A stretch of 34,779 nucleotides of DNA from Bdellovibrionota bacterium FG-2 (GTDB lineage Bacteria > Bdellovibrionota > UBA1018), in assembly GCA_051382305.1 (NCBI GenBank), contig JBBCAV010000187.1:1-34779 (forward strand), given 5' to 3'. Shown piece by piece: positions 1-8,998 of this stretch; position 1 is the stretch's first letter, and every line of letters starts with the position of its first letter. Under the pieces are notes generated by a model that was not told where the DNA came from, did not search any database, and saw only the letters and a program-made list of their open reading frames with translations. The translations under genes were made by a program, and so were the position numbers.

Positions 1-2
1 AG

Positions 3-68
3 CAGATTGAAAGTCTACTCCAAATGGCCACTGACTCAGCACCATGGCACGAGGACGAAGAAAAATAG
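3..68 (+). CDS. Possible 3' end of a gene entering the window (QIESLLQMATDSAPWHEDEEK*)
   Basis: Open frame from the window edge to TAG at 66-68; protein-like composition only. Confidence 0.3.
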   Translation, partial: QIESLLQMATDSAPWHEDEEK

Positions 69-166
69 GGTTATCCTTTCAGACGCTTACGATCGGAGCT
101 CGACACTTTTCAACTGCGGAATGTGGGATAGACAGGACCTATCTATCGTAAAATAACTCCATAGCG

Positions 167-1168
167 CTACTTCCGCCACGCCTGAACCGCGCCCGGCAGC
201 GCCTTAAACACAGCACCGCAAGTCGCTTTCGGCTCGGGTTGATCTCCATCGATTTCAAACAAAGGAAACGAAAGGTCACCCCCCCCCGTTCGCATGATCT
301 CAAAGTTCGACCCCTGGATGTGATGAATCCCCGGAACTCCCTTCAAATAGCCCTGCATAAGCAACGGCAAACTGCGGGCAATCGCAAGCGGTGAGAGCGG
401 CTCTACAAGAACCAGATTCAAAAGCCCGTCATCAATCGTAGCTTTTGAATCCCAACAAACGCCGCCCCCGTGATAACGACCGTTGAGGACGAACCCCGCA
501 AGCACTTTACCCTCAAAAAAATCTGCCCCATCCACTCGCACTTTCATGGGTAAAGAAGAATACTCTTTGATCCCCATCAGCGTCTGAATGGCATAAGCCA
601 AACCCGTTTGATTCAGCATCCGATCCCAATCGCTTCGCGCGCGATGGACGCGATCCACAACCAAGCCCCCGTAAGCAAAACTCACGACATTGGCGACGTA
701 CCGGGAACCCACCGAAGCACCCTCACTTGAGCGAAATTCCATTTCAGCGACATCGCAAGATTTTTCACGCCCCTTGCGAATCAAAGAGATCGCGGCCTGC
801 CAACCGGCATCGCTGCCAAAGAATCGCTCGCCCACCAAAGTCTTTAAGAAATCATCCCCACGCCCTGCGGGCAACACAATCAAACATGCCGCAGAGTTGA
901 TGACCGTCTTATTCTCAAAAAAGCCTTGAAGCGCCTCAGAAATCGTCCCGTCGCCTCCGACCACCACCACTTTCGTGACCCCGCTCTTCAAACCTTCGCG
1001 CACAATGCCTTCACCGTGATCTTCCGGGTTTGTCATCTTAACATCAATAGAGCAGCCATGAAACTTTGAACCCAAGAGCGCTAGCACAATCCCTTTTTGT
1101 TTTTCCCAGCGTGACTGCATTTCCCCGTGACGAGCCATGGGATTTACTAAGACTAATATTTTTTCCAT
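167..1168 (-). CDS. Diacylglycerol-kinase-family (YegS/DagK/BmrU-like) lipid kinase
   Basis: N-terminal LVNPMA, GGDGT ATP-binding motif, LPAGRGDDF (cf. PxGTGNDF), NGRYHGGG and EIDGD; ATG 1168 preceded by GGAGA. Confidence 0.9.
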   Translation of the reverse strand: MEKILVLVNPMARHGEMQSRWEKQKGIVLALLGSKFHGCSIDVKMTNPEDHGEGIVREGLKSGVTKVVVVGGDGTISEALQGFFENKTVINSAACLIVLPAGRGDDFLKTLVGERFFGSDAGWQAAISLIRKGREKSCDVAEMEFRSSEGASVGSRYVANVVSFAYGGLVVDRVHRARSDWDRMLNQTGLAYAIQTLMGIKEYSSLPMKVRVDGADFFEGKVLAGFVLNGRYHGGGVCWDSKATIDDGLLNLVLVEPLSPLAIARSLPLLMQGYLKGVPGIHHIQGSNFEIMRTGGGDLSFPLFEIDGDQPEPKATCGAVFKALPGAVQAWRK

Positions 1169-1170
1169 TT

Positions 1171-2103
1171 TCAATTCTCCCCTAAAGATACAACCGACAC
1201 ATCCCCACCCAAACTCTGCTTAAAATGCTCCGCACATCGCTGACTCATGCACAACACCCCGTCGACGCGATGCCTATCCCGCCCCCAAAAATCTTTGGCC
1301 ATTGTTTTGGCCTGCTCAGGATGGAGATAGCGAAAAGCCCCCTCCCCCCCGCAGTCAATGCAATCTCGCCCATGTGCAAAGGGCAGCACAAGCTGCACCC
1401 CCGCCCGCTGCGCGCGCTCAACCCAGTCCGCGACCTCTGCAAAACGTGACAAACGCCGCGACAGCCATACAGATTCATGGACTAGCCAGCGCTTGCCTTC
1501 ACATTTTTTAAGTAAAGCAGAAAAATTTTCCTCGCGAAAGACAGCCTCATAACGAAGCTCCGCCTGAACCCCAGATTGCTTCAAAAAAGACTGCTCACGC
1601 GGCTCTTCTACAATCACCGATTGCGCTCCCGCCACAAACGCCTGACGCTTGCGCGTCGACTGCTCCTTCAGCCCCAATTCATCAAGCAGATCCCCCACGC
1701 GATCCAGCTTTTCAATCTGCGGCAAAACGCGCTCGACACCCGACCACGAATACTGTGCGCGCGCTTCAAACAATCGATCCGCAACCGGCATCTCATACTT
1801 ACAATATTCCGCGCAACGACCACAGCCCGTACAATCAAAAATCGGCCAGGGTTCAGCGCCTGAAAAACCGCGCCCCGGCCAGCGCTTTTCTTTGTAGAGC
1901 AAAGCCATCTTATTCGACGGCGTCACCGCATCGTTTCCACTGGCGACCGCAGTCGGGCACGCGAAACGACACATCTCCGGACAATACACGCACGCGATGT
2001 CCGGATGCACCTCTCCCTTAGGAAACTGAAGAAGCGTCCGATTCAGAAGTTGCTTAGAGGCCCATTTTAGAGGGGTTGAAACGATTTTCGGGATCAAGGG
2101 CAC
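1171..2103 (-). CDS. Fe-S binding protein (GlpC/GlcF/Hdr-like) with two 4Fe-4S motifs and a degenerate CCG domain
   Basis: CVYCPEMCRFACP and CTGCGRCAEYC motifs; C-terminal DCIDCGGEG and CMSQRC resemble a CCG domain; start codon uncertain. Confidence 0.8.
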   Translation of the reverse strand: MPLIPKIVSTPLKWASKQLLNRTLLQFPKGEVHPDIACVYCPEMCRFACPTAVASGNDAVTPSNKMALLYKEKRWPGRGFSGAEPWPIFDCTGCGRCAEYCKYEMPVADRLFEARAQYSWSGVERVLPQIEKLDRVGDLLDELGLKEQSTRKRQAFVAGAQSVIVEEPREQSFLKQSGVQAELRYEAVFREENFSALLKKCEGKRWLVHESVWLSRRLSRFAEVADWVERAQRAGVQLVLPFAHGRDCIDCGGEGAFRYLHPEQAKTMAKDFWGRDRHRVDGVLCMSQRCAEHFKQSLGGDVSVVSLGEN

Positions 2104-3511
2104 GCTTCACTTTCTCAAAAACTTGAATCCAGGCTCCCTTTTCGCGGCGAAGCCACAGATTTTTTAAGGTTCCTACTCCATGATGATGACTTAAGGTCGC
2201 GCCCGAGGCGAGCGCGGATTTCAAAAGATTCTCCCAAATCACGTCATATCGATCCACGGCACTTTCAAAAGGCCCCGCATGACTCACCAGCGTGAAATAG
2301 ACATTCGCGCCGGTGTGATAAAAATGACTAAAATGCGCGAGCAAAATCCCCATTCCTACGGAGGTCGCTTTTACATTTTTGTACAGGTCTTCAATGCGAT
2401 CCCAGGTCGCCGCTACTTCAAAGGTATCTAAGATCATTCGATTGTGACTCAAAATAAGCTGCTGCTTATAGGACACATCATAACGATGCGCCCACCAATG
2501 CTCACCCAGTGCGGGACCAAAATCCTTCACTTCAAGCTGGCAAGCAATCTCACGTACCTCTTCAGCCTCGGCTTCGACGATACGTTTGGTTCCCTCGAAC
2601 ACGGCCACAATCGCGACATTTCCCGAAAATTCGCACGCCTTTTTCGCATCCGAGGACAGGGTCAAAGACGTTTCGGAGGGATCCAATATTCTCAAAACCG
2701 CCGGCCGCGTCCCACGTTGCATGAGGGTTCGTGTAAACTCCAACGCCTGAGGAACACTGGCAGCCCCAAAACCCATAAACACGCGCGCTTCGGGTAGCGG
2801 CTGGATTTGTAGGCATGCGGCCGTGAAAAAGCCCAACGTGCCTTCGGAGCCCATCAAAAGCTGCGTCCAGTCAGGCCCCATCGCGCTCCGGGGTGCCCGG
2901 CCTGTCTCGGCAATCGTGCCGTCGGGGAGAACAAATTCCACAGCCAGCACCATGTCTTCGATTTTACCGTATTTGGTCGAAAGTTGCCCCGCCGAGCGGG
3001 TCGCAAGATAACCTCCCAAGGAACTGCAATAAATTGATGAAGGAAAATGCCCTAGCGTAAACCCCTCTTGGTTTAGGGCCCGCTCCAAATTCTCGCCAAT
3101 CCATCCAGCTTCGGCCCAAACAGTCATGGACTTGCGATCCAGAGAGCGAATCTTGCGCATTTTCTTAAGATCGACCACGATGCGCTTGCGGTGCTTCTGC
3201 CCCTGAGCTTCACCTGACCGCTGACCGCCTCTTTGATTTTCAGGCGTCGGAATCGTCGCCCCAAGCACTCCAGAACCAGCCCCATAAGGATACAGCTCTG
3301 CGTCATTTTCAGGCTCACGCGCCCAAGCAATGATCTTCGCTACTTCTTGCGCAGTTTCAGGCCAAAAAACCTGATCGACAGTGGGATGCGCCAAAGGGCC
3401 GTTTTCGCGAAGCTCAAGCAATTTTCTGGGCCACAAATCCTGCGAATAGGCCTGAAGGACTAAAGGATCTTTAGAAGTCTGAATAGATGTATGAACTGTA
3501 ACACTTGGCAT
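2054..3511 (-). CDS. FAD-binding oxidoreductase (VAO/PCMH fold), alkyl-dihydroxyacetone-phosphate-synthase-like
   Basis: PYGAGSGV, GHFPSSIYCSSLGGYLATRSAGQLSTKYGKIEDMV, GPDW..LLMGSEGTLG, PAVLRILD, GANVYF, LSHHHGVG and DPENRFNPSK. Confidence 0.85.
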   Translation of the reverse strand: MPSVTVHTSIQTSKDPLVLQAYSQDLWPRKLLELRENGPLAHPTVDQVFWPETAQEVAKIIAWAREPENDAELYPYGAGSGVLGATIPTPENQRGGQRSGEAQGQKHRKRIVVDLKKMRKIRSLDRKSMTVWAEAGWIGENLERALNQEGFTLGHFPSSIYCSSLGGYLATRSAGQLSTKYGKIEDMVLAVEFVLPDGTIAETGRAPRSAMGPDWTQLLMGSEGTLGFFTAACLQIQPLPEARVFMGFGAASVPQALEFTRTLMQRGTRPAVLRILDPSETSLTLSSDAKKACEFSGNVAIVAVFEGTKRIVEAEAEEVREIACQLEVKDFGPALGEHWWAHRYDVSYKQQLILSHNRMILDTFEVAATWDRIEDLYKNVKATSVGMGILLAHFSHFYHTGANVYFTLVSHAGPFESAVDRYDVIWENLLKSALASGATLSHHHGVGTLKNLWLRREKGAWIQVFEKVKRALDPENRFNPSKMGL

Positions 3512-3655
3512 CAGGGGGAGTCTCCACTAGAAAGGGCTTTGTGAAAAAGTACCGATTTTTTGATAACGCCTCAACCAAAAAATGCTGTGAAGCCGCGAAG
3601 CCGAGGCGCAGGAAAAAAATTTCGATGTCGAAGCGCTCGTGAGTTGCAAGGATGG

Positions 3656-3684
3656 TTGACTTTACTCATTCGATTGAGTAAAAT
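3656..3684 (+). promoter_or_regulatory. Sigma70-type promoter containing a 22-bp palindrome
   Basis: TTGACT (3656-3661), 17-nt spacer, TAAAAT (3679-3684); TTTACTCA-TTCGAT-TGAGTAAA at 3661-3682. Confidence 0.75.
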
Positions 3685-3695
3685 ATATCAATAGA

Positions 3696-4898
3696 ATGAG
3701 CAAAATCGCAACAACATATAATAACACAGTAAATCGCACAATCCAGACCGATATTTTGTCCGTTAGGCTCGCTGAAAAACGACGATTTATTCAAATTTTG
3801 CAAGGACCAAGACAAGTTGGAAAAACCACTCTGGCACACCAAGTTGTTGATCGGCTCAAACTCAACGCACACTTCGAATCCGCTGACGACAAGCAGCTTC
3901 AAGGCAGAGCATGGATTTATGAACAGTGGCAAATTGCTCGTACGCTAAACAAACAGGTCTTAGTGCTTGACGAGATTCAAAAAATCAAAGGGTGGTCAGA
4001 AACTGTAAAACTACTTTGGGATGAAGATGCTCGAGCGCAAAGACCCTTACACGTTGTACTCCTAGGCTCCTCCGCACTCATGATTGGAGATGGACTGACC
4101 GAAAGTCTAGCAGGGCGAATCGAAATCATTCGAGTGCCCCATTGGTCTTATCCCGAAATGCACAGCGCATTTGGAACCCACATTGATGAATTTATATTTT
4201 TTGGAGGATATCCGGGCACCGCCGGACTGTTCAACGATTTCCCGCGCTGGCGCAGAATGGTCCTCGACGCACTCATTGAGACGACAATCTCACGCGACAT
4301 TCTTCTGCACGCCTCCATTGAAAAGCCAGCGCTCCTTCGCCACCTATTTCAACTGACGTGTGAGTTCTCCTCACAAATTCTGTCATACCAAAAAATGATC
4401 GGACAACTCCAAGACGTAGGCAACACCACCACGCTTGCACATTATCTTCGCCTACTCGAAGGGGCAGGTCTATGCAAAGGCCTGCAAAAATATGAAGGGA
4501 AAAAGCATCGCCTTCGTTCGTCGATCCCAAAACTACAAGTCTTTAATACGGCGCTCATCTCCGCCCAAAACAGCATGTCGCTCATTGAAGCCAAAACTGA
4601 CCCAGGCTACTGGGGACGCCTCACCGAAAGTGCCGTTGGCGCCCATCTCCTGAACCAAGCGATCGTCGAAGGATTCGAAGTGCTCTACTGGCGCGAAGGA
4701 AATTTTGAAGTCGACTTTGTGATCGACAATGGGATTAAGCCTCTCGCTTTCGAAGTCAAAAGTGAACGAAAACCCAACGCTCTGCCCGGAATGACAAAGT
4801 TCCTATCCCGATACCCTACCGCCAAGCCCTATCTTATTGGGAGTGGCGGAATGTCCTTTGAAGATTTTTTCGCTACACCGCTTAAGGACTTCTTCTAG
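3696..4898 (+). CDS. AAA+ ATPase (AAA_14) with DUF4143 / PD-(D/E)xK-like C-terminus
   Basis: Walker A GPRQVGKT, Walker B LVLDEIQ, LLGSS, ESLAGR, GGYP, C-terminal YWR...EVDFV...FEVK. Confidence 0.9.
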   Translation: MSKIATTYNNTVNRTIQTDILSVRLAEKRRFIQILQGPRQVGKTTLAHQVVDRLKLNAHFESADDKQLQGRAWIYEQWQIARTLNKQVLVLDEIQKIKGWSETVKLLWDEDARAQRPLHVVLLGSSALMIGDGLTESLAGRIEIIRVPHWSYPEMHSAFGTHIDEFIFFGGYPGTAGLFNDFPRWRRMVLDALIETTISRDILLHASIEKPALLRHLFQLTCEFSSQILSYQKMIGQLQDVGNTTTLAHYLRLLEGAGLCKGLQKYEGKKHRLRSSIPKLQVFNTALISAQNSMSLIEAKTDPGYWGRLTESAVGAHLLNQAIVEGFEVLYWREGNFEVDFVIDNGIKPLAFEVKSERKPNALPGMTKFLSRYPTAKPYLIGSGGMSFEDFFATPLKDFF

Positions 4899-4983
4899 AG
4901 ACCTCGGCACATTTCATGAAGCCATGCAAAGCATGACTATTCGCTCTGCGCCTTGGCGCAAATCAAACGATCCCGCTTCCAAA

Positions 4984-5664
4984 ATGACCGCCCTTTCAGA
5001 AGTGTATGAAGAAGTTGAAATCGAAACGGACGGCATTAACCTCCCAGGAACCCTCACGATTCCCTCACAAGCCGCCGGTGTCGTGCTCTTTGCACACGGC
5101 AGCGGAAGCAGCCGATTCAGCCCCCGCAATAACCAAGTCGCCCAAATGTTTCATTCACGATCGCTAGGAACACTTCTCTTCGACCTGCTTTCCGAAAACG
5201 AGGCGAAAGAGCGGAAAAATGTCTTCGACATCGACCTCCTCTCCGAGCGATTAAGGGTTACTACGGATTGGCTCATGGAACATCTAGCGTTTCTCGGGCG
5301 GCCTGTTCCGGTCGGCTACTTGGGTGCAAGCACGGGGGCCGCAGCCGCTCTCATCGCAGCAGCTCGAAGCGAACATCCCATCACATGCGTCGTCTCGCGC
5401 GGCGGACGAGTCGACTTGGCGCAAGCAGCTTTCAGAGACGTCCGCTGTCCTTGCCTACTCATTGTAGGGAGCAAAGATACAGAAGTCCTAGAACTCAATC
5501 AGCTTGCCGCGCCTAACCTACCTGCGGGAACTGAGGTAAAAGTCATTCAGGGTGCGACCCATCTTTTCGAAGAACCGGGAACCTTGGAAAAAGTCGCGAA
5601 CCTCTCCACCGAGTGGTTTACGCGCTTCTTTTCCGAATCCGTAGGCTTAAGGCGCAAAATCTAA
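4984..5664 (+). CDS. Dienelactone-hydrolase-like alpha/beta hydrolase
   Basis: FAHGSGSSRFSPRN, nucleophile elbow GASTG, VSRGGR, GSKD, THLFEE; start uncertain (in-frame ATGs from 4925 to 4984). Confidence 0.85.
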   Translation: MTALSEVYEEVEIETDGINLPGTLTIPSQAAGVVLFAHGSGSSRFSPRNNQVAQMFHSRSLGTLLFDLLSENEAKERKNVFDIDLLSERLRVTTDWLMEHLAFLGRPVPVGYLGASTGAAAALIAAARSEHPITCVVSRGGRVDLAQAAFRDVRCPCLLIVGSKDTEVLELNQLAAPNLPAGTEVKVIQGATHLFEEPGTLEKVANLSTEWFTRFFSESVGLRRKI

Positions 5665-6729
5665 GGATTCTCGAGTCGCGGCGTCGCGTGCAGGACTGAG
5701 ATCCAAAGGACGATCCCGAAGAAGAAATTTGAGCCGCGAAAGCAGCCCAGGATTCGCAGACACTCCGGTGAGTTCCGCCTCAGGCCATGCATAAGCCTGA
5801 ATATGCCGATCCAAGACTTTCTTGCGCAAAGTGGAGAGACTATCTCCGAGCACCTGAAACAAAAGCCCATCAGTACCACTTAAAATTCCTTGCATCACAT
5901 AGGCAATCGAAACGCATTGCCGCTTCTGAAGCATCGAAACAAACCGAGGCAAGTCAAACACCGGATCCTGTGAAAGCTTTGATATCAGAAAAGAAAAGTC
6001 CAGAAGTCTCATCGCGGAGATGAACGGCTCTCCCGAAGCAGCTTCAAAGAGAGTGTGAAGCAAACGAAACTCAAACGTAATCCTACGAGTGATCGTTTCA
6101 AGACGGGGCACTCGCACTTCTACGGAGTGCGCGCGAATTTGATGAGCAAAAAACCCATTCTCATCTTCTTCCAAATCCCTAACGAGCGTGAAGCCGTTTG
6201 CCGAATGAGGGCGATACACTGTCACCCGAGTAGCGAAAGGTGCGGTTTTTTCGCGACTTCGAAAGCCAGCCTTGCCCATGGCCCGGAGGGTCGCAAAATA
6301 GTCCTCAGGATCAATGAGAATTTCATGCCTCTCCGAAGCCCTGGGCATGAAAGCCGGATAGATTTCGTTCCACAGCTGTGCGGAACTCAGAATCACATAC
6401 GGAATTCTTTCGGACTTCAGAGCATAGCAACTCGCTCTGAAATCGTCCGCGTTTACCAAAGCCTTGATTTTTTCTCTGGTCTTTCGCTCTTCCAGCCAAA
6501 GCTGAACATTTTCCGGAAGCTGATTATTCCATGCGACTCGGGTGAGCGTCTCACACAAAAAGGGTAAAGAGTTGGTATTTTCGGCAAGTTCAAAAAGCCG
6601 ATACCAGTCCGGCGAATTCTTCAAAAAGGGGGGAGGACTAGGCAAGCCCGAAAGGGAAGCATACGTATGAGGACGTACAAGTGCGCGAAGAAACGCAAAA
6701 TGCTCATTGGGCTCAGTAAGATCTGCCAT
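5647..6729 (-). CDS. Nucleotidyltransferase-family (NTP_transf_5-like) protein with degenerate catalytic motifs
   Basis: Layout DW..LFELA, IPYVIL, IYP..PR, ILIDPED..GF, LLH, RLLDF matches the family, but LKG and DID are replaced; SD GGAGGA upstream. Confidence 0.6.
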   Translation of the reverse strand: MADLTEPNEHFAFLRALVRPHTYASLSGLPSPPPFLKNSPDWYRLFELAENTNSLPFLCETLTRVAWNNQLPENVQLWLEERKTREKIKALVNADDFRASCYALKSERIPYVILSSAQLWNEIYPAFMPRASERHEILIDPEDYFATLRAMGKAGFRSREKTAPFATRVTVYRPHSANGFTLVRDLEEDENGFFAHQIRAHSVEVRVPRLETITRRITFEFRLLHTLFEAASGEPFISAMRLLDFSFLISKLSQDPVFDLPRFVSMLQKRQCVSIAYVMQGILSGTDGLLFQVLGDSLSTLRKKVLDRHIQAYAWPEAELTGVSANPGLLSRLKFLLRDRPLDLSPARDAATRESLDFAP

Positions 6730-6783
6730 AAGATCCTCCGTTCTATCTTATGGTGAAGGGGACAACCGAGGTCGTCAATGACA

Positions 6784-7734
6784 TTAAGTTGACAGGGCTT
6801 CGCTCTGACTCTCCCCGAACTCGAGCTTCACCAAAAGTCCGATCGAGAACAAAAAGAAAATCCCGCTGAAAGCCTGGATGTTGGTCGTCTTTCCACCAAA
6901 GAAGAAAATCGGAACAAACACGCCCGCTAGCGGATAAAGTAGCTCGATAAAAGTCACAAGGCTCGCCGGAAGTTTTCGAAGCCCATAATAATAAAGGGTC
7001 ATCCCACCCACGCCCGCCACCGAGCCAAGGTAAAGTGAGGAGAGCCACACTTCGCGCGAAGCCAGGACACCCCAAGGCACAGACTCGCCACTCAAGAAAA
7101 ACCAGCCCAACATGAACCCACTCGCCATCAACCAGCGGCCAAACACTACGACTTCGGGTCGGTGCCGAAAAAGCAGCGCCTTACCCGCGACGGTCGAAAA
7201 GCCCCACAAGACGACGGCCATCGCGCCGCTCAAAATTCCAGGCCCCGAAAATCCGAGTTCTTCGCCCATCATTTGACCTAGAAGCCCAGGAAATCCAATC
7301 AAAAAAGCATTCATGACGGCCCAAAGGGCGATGAGCACAAAACTCGAAGAGTGCTTTTCTCTTAAGAACATCCGAGCAAATACTAAAACAAATAACGGCT
7401 GGACCATCTGAAAAACGGTCGCCCGATCAGGGCCGATAGTCCGCATGCTGTAGGTAAACGCGAGCCCCCCCAGTGCGGAGCCCCCCACCCCTACCACGAG
7501 TAAGAGAAGCACTACCCGAGGACGAAACAACTTCGAAATTTCCGGCCGCCGTTTCACGAGCACAAAAGGAGTGATAAGCGCAAGCCCCACGAGGTGCTCC
7601 ATCAAGACGACAAGTTTGAAATCAAGCTCAACAGTCGAAGGATAGCGCACGAGGGTGTCCGTGGCCCAAAGCAACGCTGCGCCTGCAACCAAAAATGCGG
7701 CAAGGAGGCTTTTCTTTTTGCGAGGAACCGGCAC
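6784..7734 (-). CDS. DMT/EamA family transporter
   Basis: About ten hydrophobic segments in two repeats; QPLFVLVFARMFLREK and YYGLRKLPAS..TFIEL; GTG start overlaps the upstream TAG. Confidence 0.9.
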   Translation of the reverse strand: MPVPRKKKSLLAAFLVAGAALLWATDTLVRYPSTVELDFKLVVLMEHLVGLALITPFVLVKRRPEISKLFRPRVVLLLLVVGVGGSALGGLAFTYSMRTIGPDRATVFQMVQPLFVLVFARMFLREKHSSSFVLIALWAVMNAFLIGFPGLLGQMMGEELGFSGPGILSGAMAVVLWGFSTVAGKALLFRHRPEVVVFGRWLMASGFMLGWFFLSGESVPWGVLASREVWLSSLYLGSVAGVGGMTLYYYGLRKLPASLVTFIELLYPLAGVFVPIFFFGGKTTNIQAFSGIFFLFSIGLLVKLEFGESQSEALST

Positions 7735-8273
7735 TACATCACGCTACAGCTTAGCGATTCAATCGGATTGTGTTTACGGGTGATCGTAAGCTTCATCATC
7801 CCATTCTTAATGTCGGTAACCAAGGCCGGCTCGCCGGCTTTCAAAGCGAGCTTGAGATAAAACATCGTTCCGCCTGAACGCGCCGCCGCTCCAATTAAAA
7901 TGCAATCATCGAGCTGCTCCATCAAACGCAAGGTTTCGGGATCAAATTTCGCAAGCTCATTGGTATCTGTTACGTTAAGCGAAAGAAAAACCATGTTATC
8001 TTGAGGTTTGGTGCCTGCGATGCCGCCGTTACCGATAAACTTCTCGCCAGCAGAATACTGAGGGGTACCATGCCCGTTGAAAGTATAAGACTCAACGCCA
8101 CTTTGGTACTCACGCGTAAAAATAACATCATCAGAAGTCAGATATGGAATATTGACCCGATCAACTTTATTGGCGTCCGCTTTACTCTTACCCATCGCAA
8201 ATGAACTCGTTGTGCATACACAAACCAAGATCACCAAACCGCAAACTCTTAAGCCCGCATTCAACACTTTCAT
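7734..8273 (-). CDS. Secreted hypothetical protein
   Basis: Signal peptide ending SSFA; SD AAGGAG; coupled to the DMT gene. Confidence 0.7.
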   Translation of the reverse strand: MKVLNAGLRVCGLVILVCVCTTSSFAMGKSKADANKVDRVNIPYLTSDDVIFTREYQSGVESYTFNGHGTPQYSAGEKFIGNGGIAGTKPQDNMVFLSLNVTDTNELAKFDPETLRLMEQLDDCILIGAAARSGGTMFYLKLALKAGEPALVTDIKNGMMKLTITRKHNPIESLSCSVM

Positions 8274-8348
8274 TTATTACTCCTTTGGAAAATTGAGACC
8301 CGAAATTTGACGCATTGCTATCACGTAAAGTCACGCAGCGTCAACAGC

Positions 8349-8909
8349 CTATTTCATCGCTTTTTGAATCAGTTCCAAAGTGTACGCGCTCTTCCAATCC
8401 TCAGCGCCCGACCACTTTTTTACGATGTGAAGTTCACGATCCAATAAATAGGTTTCAGGAAACTGAGTCGTTCCAAACTTGCGTGATACTTCGCTCGTCA
8501 TATCGATCAATGAAACGAGACCTTCAGGAATAGATTTTTCTGGAAGAAGCTTATGGGCTAACGCCCACTCTTCGTCGACTGTGATCGCCACAAATTTCAC
8601 AGGCTTTCCCTTGAAAGCACTGACCAGCGCAAGCCACTTTGGCAGCTCCACCTGACAAGGAGGGCACCAGCTTGCCCAAAAATGGACCACTGTTGCGGTT
8701 CCCTTGAAATCTTTAAGATGAAAAGCCTTGCCCTTAAAGTCCTTGAGTTCAAAAGCCGGAGCCAAAGAAACCCGAGAAACAGCGACCTGCTCCTTAAGGC
8801 TATACCCCCCGGGAGGAGTGGTCGAGGTAGGCGTACAAGAGCTCAACACCCCGGAAAAGGCTATAATTTTGAAAAAACACCCCAACGGCTTAAATCGGCT
8901 CTCAATCAT
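8349..8909 (-). CDS. TlpA/ResA-family thiol-disulfide reductase lipoprotein
   Basis: Lipobox LSSC, APAFEL, HFWASWCPPC, FPETYLLD. Confidence 0.9.
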   Translation of the reverse strand: MIESRFKPLGCFFKIIAFSGVLSSCTPTSTTPPGGYSLKEQVAVSRVSLAPAFELKDFKGKAFHLKDFKGTATVVHFWASWCPPCQVELPKWLALVSAFKGKPVKFVAITVDEEWALAHKLLPEKSIPEGLVSLIDMTSEVSRKFGTTQFPETYLLDRELHIVKKWSGAEDWKSAYTLELIQKAMK

Positions 8910-8998
8910 TTCAATACCTTACCTATTACAATGGAAAAACTTGATCAAGTCTTTTACGAGAGTTGCATGTTTACCCCATTTACTGAAATAATAAGAGT

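Noticed and set aside
279-287. C9 tract (also C9 at 25704-25712) as a phase-variation site
   Set aside because: Both are in frame, encode Gly runs near the ends of metabolic genes, and show no sign of slippage
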